Part shown: positions 1-7,161 of the stretch, in pieces
Layout of the letters: the number at the start of each line of letters is the position of its first letter
Numbering within the stretch: position 1 is the stretch's first letter
Source: a virus
Direction: 5' to 3' (one strand)
Length of the DNA: 37,236 nt
Virus genome (UHGV): UHGV-0088902
Program-made: the position numbers and the translations under genes
Notes under the pieces: model-generated
What the model saw: the letters and a program-made list of their open reading frames with translations, nothing else
What the model was told of the DNA's origin: nothing
Database searches by the model: none

Positions 1-1601
1 AAGCAGAAGAAGCAAGCGCAAGCGCTCAGACGGCTGCAGCAAAAGCAAAAGAAGCAAAGGACAGTGCAGATATAGCACAGGATGCCGCACAGACTGCAAC
101 AGCTACAACTCTTGGGAAAGTCTTAGAAGCGTTATATGCTCAGCAAAGAACAGGCAAGATTTATGGTGTAAAGATTCCTGCTTACGTAAACAGTACAACG
201 TCAACTTGTGTCAAGACAGATGACAATACAGATATTGCTATACCTACTCCAGCGACAGATACAGTTGAAGGCAGTGATGAATATTTGAACATTCCATTGT
301 TTCAGTGGATGAACTGTAACTATATAAGAGAAGATGATGGCACACCTATTGTTACAGCTCTTGAAGGCTCTTCAAACTACATGACAGAGGGTGCAGTGGA
401 TGTCGGTGTTATCGGAATGACTTACTATGAAGACTGGAAGGTCTTAGATGATGGAACGATTTACTATCGCAGATCAGACAAGAAGAATGTGCCTGCAGGA
501 ATCGCAACTCCATGCAAACAGGCAGTCAGACAAGACGGTAGTGTCATGCCATACTTCATTTTTCCAAAGTATTACAGTGGCATTGCAAGTGATGGATTCT
601 TGAGAAGTAACTATGGTTTAAAACCAGCACGGAATCAGTCATACAATAACATGATGACTAATTATCCAAAGAAGGGCACAGGATATCATGGTGGTTCAGT
701 CATGAGACAAACATTTGGAATCTTGAACATGGCTCTTAAATACGCAACAAAGAACTCACAGAAATACTTTGCAGGTGTTACAAGCTATAGTTTCCAATAT
801 GCTCTGGCAGAAAAATCAGCAGAAGAACGCACTTATGTTGTTGTTACAGAGCAACAGGCTAATGGTATCTTAGTTGGTGGTGGTGTGTCAGTTGGCTATG
901 ATGGAACAACATCATCAAATAAAGACCGTGGTAATTCTACAATGCACGCATATGCAGATGATGTAAGAGTATTATCGAAAGAAGTACAGGAAGATGGAAA
1001 TTATCGCATCTACTTAGACTGCAATCCGTTTGTTACAACATTGCCGAGTGGAGCAGATGAATCAAAAGTAAATGTTTATATTACATCCATGCACGCACAC
1101 GCAGGATGGACGGATGAAGTTAAAGGCACTTATGATGGTTCTCCAATTTCAAACACAGATGGCAAGCATCCATTTAGACTGTGTGGTCTTGAATACTCAG
1201 TAGGTGGATATGAATTAGTCAGTGATGTTGTAATGAATATCAACAGTGGCTATACAACAGACGTTTATAGATGCGAAAGATGGGCAACTCGTAAAACAAC
1301 ACTATCTGATATCCAAGATAACTATACAAAAGTTGGCACAATTCCAGTTAATGGAGCAGACAATTCTGATTTCTGGATTGGCGATTATGTTATCACAGAT
1401 GGATGCTTGTATCCTTCTTCGATTGGATCGTCTGATTCCTTGGGAGTTGGCGATAGAGCTTACAGAGGTGGTGCAAATACAGGCTTAAGAGAGTTCTTAA
1501 TGTGCGGTCATATCTGGAGTGGGTCTGCTTCGGGTCTCTGCTCCTTGAATTGCCGGGACGGGCTTGGTTCTGATTGGTGGTATTGCCTGTCCGCCGACTA
1601 A
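1..1601 (+). CDS. C-terminal part of tail fibre/receptor-binding protein with a DGR-target-like C-type-lectin-type terminus; continues from 36345 across the circular junction (830 aa in total)
   Basis: The frame of ORF 285..1601 is open back to position 3 (AEEASASAQTAAAK...QQRTGKIYGVKIP) and is in frame with 36345..37236. It ends in GLREFLMCGHIWSGSASGLCSLNCRDGLGSDWWYCLSAD and sits at the end of the tail module. Confidence 0.8.
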   Translation, partial: AEEASASAQTAAAKAKEAKDSADIAQDAAQTATATTLGKVLEALYAQQRTGKIYGVKIPAYVNSTTSTCVKTDDNTDIAIPTPATDTVEGSDEYLNIPLFQWMNCNYIREDDGTPIVTALEGSSNYMTEGAVDVGVIGMTYYEDWKVLDDGTIYYRRSDKKNVPAGIATPCKQAVRQDGSVMPYFIFPKYYSGIASDGFLRSNYGLKPARNQSYNNMMTNYPKKGTGYHGGSVMRQTFGILNMALKYATKNSQKYFAGVTSYSFQYALAEKSAEERTYVVVTEQQANGILVGGGVSVGYDGTTSSNKDRGNSTMHAYADDVRVLSKEVQEDGNYRIYLDCNPFVTTLPSGADESKVNVYITSMHAHAGWTDEVKGTYDGSPISNTDGKHPFRLCGLEYSVGGYELVSDVVMNINSGYTTDVYRCERWATRKTTLSDIQDNYTKVGTIPVNGADNSDFWIGDYVITDGCLYPSSIGSSDSLGVGDRAYRGGANTGLREFLMCGHIWSGSASGLCSLNCRDGLGSDWWYCLSAD

Positions 1602-1642
1602 CCCCTTCTAGGGGGTTTGCAAAGGGGGATATTCCCCCTTGC
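1600..1642 (+). other. Two adjacent GC-rich hairpins immediately after the VR-like region (DGR homing-type stem-loops)
   Basis: AACCCC-ttctag-GGGGTT and AAGGGGGA-tat-TCCCCCTT directly follow the stop codon, with no long U-tract. Confidence 0.6.
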
Positions 1643-1648
1643 TCTTAA

Positions 1649-1858
1649 TACTTATTTACTACAAAGACAAGTACGATTTACGGAAGTTTAAAACACTCCC
1701 GATCATATCAATTCTGCAGAAGATACGATGTTTACAAGCTCAAGCACAGAGCTAGAAAGGAGATCAGTAAACATGACGCAAGCACACTTCAACAACGAAC
1801 AACCGAACTTTCAGATGGAAACGTACAACGGTCAAACACGTGTACAGCTATGTCTTAA
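1649..1858 (+). pseudogene. Start-less fragment resembling the C-terminal thumb region of a DGR reverse transcriptase
   Basis: Manual translation: YLFTTKTSTIYGSLKHSRSYQFCRRYDVYKLKHRARKEISKHD... It resembles the YxGxLKHxxS...KY motif of RT C-termini and is preceded by an in-frame stop at 1646 with no upstream ATG. Confidence 0.55.
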
Positions 1859-2126
1859 CGGCGAATGGAAAGAAGTGGAGTACGGATTTGAAGGCGGTAA
1901 AATTCTAAAGTCTAAACAGTGGGTGTGTGACTACAACGAGTTCATAGCACCTGCCGATGAGTTACCGCTGGATGATATCAAAGAAAATCCACAGAAATAT
2001 CTGGACTATGTACCATCCGCACAACAGCCAAAGAAAACGATTGAAAAGCGTGTTGATACACTAGAAGTAACACAAGATGAGTTGTGTGATGTAATCACGG
2101 AACTTATGTATGGGGGCGAAGAATGA
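1773..2126 (+). CDS. Phage hypothetical protein of the tail-fibre-associated cluster
   Basis: RBS GAAAGGAG at about 1755-1762 precedes ATG 1773; C-terminal coiled-coil-like segment (IEKRVDTLEVTQDEL). Confidence 0.7.
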   Translation: MTQAHFNNEQPNFQMETYNGQTRVQLCLNGEWKEVEYGFEGGKILKSKQWVCDYNEFIAPADELPLDDIKENPQKYLDYVPSAQQPKKTIEKRVDTLEVTQDELCDVITELMYGGEE

Positions 2127-2260
2127 CAGTAAAAACAAAAATTGCACTTCGTGCGGTAAAGAACCGCATGGCAGAAGGGATGACTTTAGAAGAAGCACTT
2201 GCGTGCTATCCAAAGTTATCTGCTGAACAAGTTAAAGAAATCAGAAAGGCACTTGAATAG
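2123..2260 (+). CDS. Small phage protein (45 aa), possibly XkdX-like
   Basis: Manual translation MTVKTKIALRAVKNRMAEGMTLEEALACYPKLSAEQVKEIRKALE; ATGA overlap with the previous gene. Confidence 0.65.
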   Translation: MTVKTKIALRAVKNRMAEGMTLEEALACYPKLSAEQVKEIRKALE

Positions 2261-2284
2261 TGCTTTCGAAAGGATGAAAAGAAC

Positions 2285-3235
2285 ATGGCATTAAAAGGCA
2301 TTGATATTAGTAAGTGGCAGAAAGGAATTGATTTATCAAAAGTTGACTGTGACTTTGTAATTGTAAAAGCGACAGAGGGAATTGGATATGTTGACAGAAA
2401 GTGTGATTCATTCTATCAGCAAGCAAAACGTCTTGGAAAGAAGTTAGGTTTCTATCACTTTGCAAGACCAAGAAATGATGCTGTCAGAGAAGCACAATAT
2501 TTCTATAATAATACTAAAAATTATTTTGGCGAAGCTATTCCGATTCTAGACTGGGAAGCAGAAAACAAAAGCGATGTAGCATGGGCAAAAAGATGGCTTG
2601 ATGAAGTGTATAGATTAAGTGGTGTAAAGCCTGTAATCTATATGTCCGAAAGTGTAGCTAATGCTTACAACTGGTCAAGTGTAGCAAATGCTGACTATGG
2701 CTTGTGGGTAGCGAAATATCGTGATAAAAATCCAGACTATAACTACAATATGGCAAATGCAGGAACACGTCCACGTGTAAAGTGGTGGAAGTTTTATTGC
2801 ATGTGGCAATGGACAAGCACAGGAAGATTGAATGGTTATAGTGAAAACTTAGACTGTAATGTTTTCTATGGAGATGGAACGACATGGGATAAGTATGCAG
2901 GCAAGAGTGGAACAACTCAGCCAGTTAAACCAACGCAACCAGTAAAGAAATCAAATGAAGAAATCGCAAATGAAGTTATCAATGGTGCATGGGGCAATGG
3001 CGAAGACCGTAAGAAGCGTTTGACTGATGCAGGCTACAACTATACAGTAGTACAGGCAATCGTCAATCAGAAGATGGCTGCTAGAAATCAATCTGTTTAC
3101 TATGTAGTCAAGAGGGGCGATACACTGTCTGCTATTGCATCGAAGTTCGGAACGACATATCAGCACTTAGCGCAGTTAAATAATATTGCAAATCCTAACA
3201 AGATTTACGCAGGTCAGAAATTAATAATTAAATAG
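2285..3235 (+). CDS. Endolysin: GH25 muramidase + Cpl-7 (CW_7) repeat + LysM
   Basis: [33 protein letters not shown] (GH25); [23 protein letters not shown] (CW_7); [13 protein letters not shown]...[11 protein letters not shown] (LysM). Confidence 0.95.
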   Translation: MALKGIDISKWQKGIDLSKVDCDFVIVKATEGIGYVDRKCDSFYQQAKRLGKKLGFYHFARPRNDAVREAQYFYNNTKNYFGEAIPILDWEAENKSDVAWAKRWLDEVYRLSGVKPVIYMSESVANAYNWSSVANADYGLWVAKYRDKNPDYNYNMANAGTRPRVKWWKFYCMWQWTSTGRLNGYSENLDCNVFYGDGTTWDKYAGKSGTTQPVKPTQPVKKSNEEIANEVINGAWGNGEDRKKRLTDAGYNYTVVQAIVNQKMAARNQSVYYVVKRGDTLSAIASKFGTTYQHLAQLNNIANPNKIYAGQKLIIK

Positions 3236-3249
3236 AAAGAGGAGAAATT

Positions 3250-3504
3250 ATGGATTTAACAACTTATGCAGTACCAGTGATTATGGCGATTTGCTGGTGC
3301 ATCGGATTTATCGTCAAGAAGTGGGTTAAGGATGTGGATAACAAGTATATCCCAACAATCGTTGCACTTCTAGGTATTCTGTTAAACGTATGGATGAATG
3401 GATGGATTTTCACACCAGAAATCATTCTTGGTGGTTTAGCTAGTGGTTTAGGCTCGACAGGCATCAATGAACTAGTAACACAGTACACAAAAAGCGAAGA
3501 GTAG
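3250..3504 (+). CDS. Holin
   Basis: 84 aa with 2-3 hydrophobic segments, DNKYIP and GLASGLGSTG motifs; adjacent to the lysin. Confidence 0.85.
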   Translation: MDLTTYAVPVIMAICWCIGFIVKKWVKDVDNKYIPTIVALLGILLNVWMNGWIFTPEIILGGLASGLGSTGINELVTQYTKSEE

Positions 3505-3513
3505 GTGTTGCCA

Positions 3514-3825
3514 ATGGACCAGACTGTTTTGCAAACGATTATGACAATTATCTGTGCAGTTCTTGCAAGTGGTGGATTCTGGGCATACATGCAAAGCAGA
3601 GACACCAAGAACAATGCACAGGCTCAAATGCTTCTCGGACTTGGACACGACAGAATCGTTTATCTAGGCATGAAATATGTCGAGCGTGGTGATATTACAA
3701 AAGATGAATATGAAAATCTGTACGAATATCTGTACAAGCCATATTCAGCACTTGGTGGTAATGGCTCGGCAAAAAAGGTAATGGAAGAAGTCAACAAGTT
3801 ACCAATCCATGAATCATTGCATTAA
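3514..3825 (+). CDS. Lysis-cassette membrane protein (holin-associated)
   Basis: N-terminal TM helix, then LLGLGHDRI...YxxLGGNG, a pattern common in Firmicute phage lysis cassettes; RBS AGGTG before ATG 3514. Confidence 0.7.
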   Translation: MDQTVLQTIMTIICAVLASGGFWAYMQSRDTKNNAQAQMLLGLGHDRIVYLGMKYVERGDITKDEYENLYEYLYKPYSALGGNGSAKKVMEEVNKLPIHESLH

Positions 3826-3829
3826 TAAG

Positions 3830-3856
3830 AGGTGGTAGAAATACCACCTTTTTTTA
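3830..3856 (+). terminator. Rho-independent terminator of the late/lysis operon
   Basis: AGGTGGTA-gaaa-TACCACCT followed by a T-run. Confidence 0.8.
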
Positions 3857-3948
3857 TATGAGTAAATACAGCGCATGAATACAAAGCCAAGAAAACGGAC
3901 AAAATAATAAGTCCGTTTTTTCTGCATTTATATAAAAAATAGTAAATT

Positions 3949-4146
3949 TGGATGCCACAAGGATGCCACACAGCAAAAAAACCGCTTATTAATGCGGTTT
4001 TTTGATATTAAGGGCGACTAGTGGGAAACGATTATAGGCTTTTTTGAACATTTATTACCTTCATTTTTTCGCTTATTTATGCGAAATTGCATTTTAGATT
4101 TTTATGCTTTTTTACAAAATGGATGCCACAAGGATGCCACGGATGC
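3949..4146. other. attP: arm-type integrase binding repeats flanking a tRNA 3'-end core
   Basis: 21-bp TGGATGCCACAAGGATGCCAC at 3949-3969 and 4120-4140 (GGATGCCAC units). Core 4012-4027 reads TTCCCACTAGTCGCCC on the minus strand. Located directly downstream of the integrase. Confidence 0.8.
3974..4003. terminator. Bidirectional terminator inside attP
   Basis: CAAAAAAACCGC-ttattaat-GCGGTTTTTTG. Confidence 0.75.
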
Positions 4147-5219
4147 TATTTTTTGCATGCATGTTTTCTATAAGAATCTTCTATAAAATCCATCATCTTA
4201 TCGTCAGTATCTTTTAATAAGTGCGTGTATGTTTTTAACGTTTGATTTATATCTGAATGTCCTAGCCTTTTACTGACTGCAACGATATTAACACCAGCGT
4301 TAATTAACATGGTAGCGTGGCTATGTCTTAAATCATGCAGTCTAATTTTCTTGACACCACTCTTTTTTATTCCTTCATTAAAGTAACGATCAATAGTTGT
4401 TCTGGTGAGTGGACTATCACCACCAAAAAGATAACCTTTTCTATACATTTGTTTCAGTTTCAATAATTGAGAATAGACTTCACTGTTTAAACGCACATAA
4501 CGTTTATTTCCTGTTTTGGTAGATTTAATACCTGTAGATGCATCTCTTTGTGATCCATGTATATAAATCGATTTATCGTCTTCTATCAGATCAGAACACT
4601 GCAAAGCTATTACTTCGCCTTTTCTGGCACCCGTCCAAAATAAAGTGGTGAAGTAAACCTTATACAGTTCATTGTCAACACCGGTAAGAAACTGATTAAA
4701 CTCTTCAACCGTCCATACTTGCATTTCTGACATTTTTTCTTTTTCAGTGTTTTTGAAATTTTTTAGGACAACACTAACATTAGAAATTCCATATATTTCA
4801 GATGCAAATTTAAAAACGGATCTTACATAAGAAATACATGTATTTTTTGTTTTTGTGGCATAATCCATCTTGCCAAGATTATTTCTCCATTTAATCAATT
4901 GTTCTTTAGAAATTTTCTTAATTGGTTTCTCATACAGATCAGAAAATCGTTTTTCAAAGTGTTCTCTGTGATGCCTTTTTGAAACCTCAGAAGATTCAAT
5001 TGTTTCTTCCCACAGTTCAGACATTTCTTTAAAAGTAAGATTAGTATTAGCAGAAATAGTAGAATCATTCTTTTGCATTTTAAGTTTTGTTTCTTCTTCT
5101 ACTGCTTCACGCTTTAATTTAAAGCCACGTTTTTTTATGCACTTCTTTTTATTTGTCAGTGGATCTTTAGTAGTCACCTGTACAAAATAAGTTTTCCGTT
5201 TACTGTCATAGCCAATCAT
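4146..5219 (-). CDS. int: Tyrosine integrase
   Basis: TGARKGE, HDLRHSHA, RLGHS and TYTH catalytic motifs; N-terminal arm-binding segment (KRGFKLKREA); RBS GAGG precedes ATG at 5219. Confidence 0.95.
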   Translation of the reverse strand: MIGYDSKRKTYFVQVTTKDPLTNKKKCIKKRGFKLKREAVEEETKLKMQKNDSTISANTNLTFKEMSELWEETIESSEVSKRHHREHFEKRFSDLYEKPIKKISKEQLIKWRNNLGKMDYATKTKNTCISYVRSVFKFASEIYGISNVSVVLKNFKNTEKEKMSEMQVWTVEEFNQFLTGVDNELYKVYFTTLFWTGARKGEVIALQCSDLIEDDKSIYIHGSQRDASTGIKSTKTGNKRYVRLNSEVYSQLLKLKQMYRKGYLFGGDSPLTRTTIDRYFNEGIKKSGVKKIRLHDLRHSHATMLINAGVNIVAVSKRLGHSDINQTLKTYTHLLKDTDDKMMDFIEDSYRKHACKK

Positions 5220-5326
5220 GGTATAATTACCTCGCACATTTATAGATTTTCTTTTTTGGGTGAAATCCAAGGAAGGATCAGCACTGCTCTTTTCTTATTC
5301 CTACTTAGAGCAGTGCTTTTTCTTTT
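5199..5326 (+). ncRNA. Putative antisense sRNA to the integrase leader (promoter plus terminator)
   Basis: TTTACT(5199)-17-TATAAT(5222) with extended TG; stem AGCACTGCTCT/AGAGCAGTGCT (5280-5317) followed by a T-rich run on the + strand. Confidence 0.5.
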
Positions 5327-5640
5327 TATAAACTTAGTAGAGAATTGATTGCATCTTTTATGTTTTGTGGTGCAGAACGATAGTTGCTAATCAATTCGAT
5401 CTCTTTTGTATCTGTTAACGTTATAATGTTTTCTATCGGTACATCGTAACCTAGTAGCCATGTAGGGGAAACATTCAATGCACTTGCAATTTCATAAATC
5501 CTATTTGCTTTTGGAACTGCAAATCCAGACATATATTGAGAAATTGAAGATTTAGATATTCCTGACTTTCTACTTAGTTCGATAGCGGACATGTTTCTAA
5601 TTCTTAAACCTTCCTTAATCCTATCTTTTACTTCTTTCAC
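5326..5640 (-). CDS. CI-like repressor (HTH-XRE)
   Basis: MSAIELSRKSGISKSSISQYMSG HTH; ALNVSPTWLLG; divergent from cro and upstream of int. Confidence 0.9.
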   Translation of the reverse strand: MKEVKDRIKEGLRIRNMSAIELSRKSGISKSSISQYMSGFAVPKANRIYEIASALNVSPTWLLGYDVPIENIITLTDTKEIELISNYRSAPQNIKDAINSLLSL

Positions 5641-5704
5641 ACTTTCCTCCTATTCGTGATGCATATATATTTTAACTGATAATTTATACGTTTAAAACAA
5701 AAAA

Positions 5705-5756
5705 GTTAAAAAAGTTTAGCAAAAGTGTTGACAGCAAAAGCTTAAAAAGTTAAACT
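5705..5756 (+). promoter_or_regulatory. Lytic (cro) promoter with two operator sites
   Basis: TTGACA(5728)-17-TAAACT(5751); imperfect palindromes GTTAAA-aaag-TTTAGC (5705-5720) and GCTTAA-aaag-TTAAAC (5740-5755). Confidence 0.7.
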
Positions 5757-5779
5757 TGTAATCGTTGAAAGGAGGTTAA

Positions 5780-5992
5780 ATGTTGGACTTTAGAAAATTA
5801 AGAGGAAGAATTATTGAGAAGTATGATACGCTTGAAAATTTCGCTAAATCATACGGAATTTCTCCTGTTTGTTTATCTAAAAAGATGAACAACAAATCTC
5901 AGTTTACTCGAAAAGACATTTTGGAAATGTCAGAAATGCTAGATATTAGTAAAGAAGAAATTGGTGATTATTTTTTTACAAAAAGAGTTTAA
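5780..5992 (+). CDS. Cro-like HTH regulator (DUF739-like)
   Basis: DFRKLRGRIIEKY...FAKSYGIS...LSKKMNNKSQF...IGDYFF; strong RBS GAAAGGAGG. Confidence 0.9.
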   Translation: MLDFRKLRGRIIEKYDTLENFAKSYGISPVCLSKKMNNKSQFTRKDILEMSEMLDISKEEIGDYFFTKRV

Positions 5993-6002
5993 AAAGTTAA
6001 AC
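5987..6002. promoter_or_regulatory. Third operator site (perfect palindromic arms) at the end of cro
   Basis: GTTTAA-aaag-TTAAAC, same consensus as the sites at 5705 and 5740. Confidence 0.65.
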
Positions 6003-6211
6003 CCATTCATCTGCTGAATTCTAAGTACAATCTGGATCTATCTGTTTCTTGATTAAAGGCAAATAAAAAACCATTTGGACTATGGAGATTCTGACAAGAA
6101 TTTCTGAATGCGTAGGAACGTAACTCAAAAATATTTCACAATTTAAAAATCAGCAATGATGCCTAGCTGATTACTCACGAAAGATTGTACTTAGTATTCA
6201 GCGGATGATGG
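6003..6211 (+). ncRNA. Putative structured RNA element between cro and the excisionase-like gene
   Basis: About 30-bp enclosing stem (6003-6033 with 6182-6211) with a U-G wobble; internal hairpins AATCAGC/GCTGATT and AGATTCT/AGAATTT. Confidence 0.55.
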
Positions 6212-6223
6212 AAAAAGAAAGGA

Positions 6224-6490
6224 GTGAAGATGCCAAGACCTATTAAGACAAGAGAAAAGATTGCTTCTCAATTCTATCTTAATACAACAGATATTATGGT
6301 GCTGATTGGATGCAGCTGGCAAAACGCAAAAAGATTATTCAACAAAGCGAGCGAAGTTGATAATGAAGAGCTGCCATTCAGAGTTGAACCTTTAAAGGTT
6401 AGAACTCAAACAGTTCTCAAATTAGCAGGAATATCTCAAAGGCAAATAGATAGGATCGTTCAAGGCACAAAAAAAGAAATCCAGTCATAG
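6224..6490 (+). CDS. Small DNA-binding protein, possibly excisionase-like
   Basis: YLNTTDIMVLIGCSWQNAKRLF resembles a MerR/AlpA-type HTH; typical position after cro. Confidence 0.55.
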   Translation: MKMPRPIKTREKIASQFYLNTTDIMVLIGCSWQNAKRLFNKASEVDNEELPFRVEPLKVRTQTVLKLAGISQRQIDRIVQGTKKEIQS

Positions 6491-6567
6491 AGAATTTATG
6501 GATTTCCGGGTGAAGCCAAGACCAATTAACTTCACCCACATTGTAACAAAAATAAGGAGAAAAAACA

Positions 6568-6741
6568 ATGCTGGAAAAACAAGAAAAAAGACATTTGAGA
6601 TCGTCTCTACAAATGCTGGTGACTCTCATCATACCAGTCTGCGGATTTATCGCAATTGGAACAGAAGATACATTCTTATGTGTTTCATCTGCATTCATTA
6701 TGATCTCGTCCTTAATCATTATGAATAGATATGGAGATTAA
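6568..6741 (+). CDS. Small two-TM membrane protein (57 aa)
   Basis: RBS AAGGAG; manual translation MLEKQEKRHLRSSLQMLVTLIIPVCGFIAIGTEDTFLCVSSAFIMISSLIIMNRYGD. Confidence 0.7.
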   Translation: MLEKQEKRHLRSSLQMLVTLIIPVCGFIAIGTEDTFLCVSSAFIMISSLIIMNRYGD

Positions 6742-6743
6742 AC

Positions 6744-6917
6744 ATGCCTAAGTTATCAAGAGAAACATTAGAAAAGAGATTGAATGCTGCACTGAAAGCA
6801 TTGGATCGAGAAAGAAAAATGAATCTGAAACTTTGGAGTGACTTCCATGAAGCACAAATAAGAATTCAGTACTTAGAAAATGAGAATTCTATGTTGAGAT
6901 TGAAAGATGGCAGTTAA
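6744..6917 (+). CDS. Small coiled-coil protein (57 aa), paralogue of 10235..10429
   Basis: Manual translation MPKLSRETLEKRLNAALKALDRERKMNLKLWSDFHEAQIRIQYLENENSMLRLKDGS; RBS GGAG. Confidence 0.7.
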   Translation: MPKLSRETLEKRLNAALKALDRERKMNLKLWSDFHEAQIRIQYLENENSMLRLKDGS

Positions 6918-7149
6918 CTGGAATCTGCTAAAGGAGGTAAGAAAGATGCAGAAAAATTACCATTTAGATGCCTATGCAGTTGATGCAGTAACCTGGAAGA
7001 ATCGTCCCACAAGATTTGAAATTACTGACGGATGCAATGGAAAATATAAGATTTGTACAGAACACGATGAATTATTTGTTTCTAAGCAAGACTTGATCGA
7101 AGCACAAACCCTTATCGAACAGGCATTAGCAGACATTCAAATCAATTAG
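6907..7149 (+). CDS. Hypothetical protein, paralogue of 10413..10646
   Basis: Shares HLDAY.VDAVT...RF.ITDGCNGKY.I.TEHD with the second copy. Confidence 0.75.
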   Translation: MAVNWNLLKEVRKMQKNYHLDAYAVDAVTWKNRPTRFEITDGCNGKYKICTEHDELFVSKQDLIEAQTLIEQALADIQIN

Positions 7150-7161
7150 AAAGAAGTAAAC

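Noticed and set aside
4012..4027. tRNA gene
   Set aside because: Only the last 16 nt of a tRNA are present (att core); there is no D or anticodon arm.
6003..6211. Invertible DNA switch or MITE
   Set aside because: No invertase or transposase is present, there is no target-site duplication, and the arm differences include a G-U-compatible change; an RNA structure is preferred.
6498..6728. 76-aa ORF from the track
   Set aside because: The overlapping frame 6568..6741 has a proper RBS and a coherent membrane-protein sequence.
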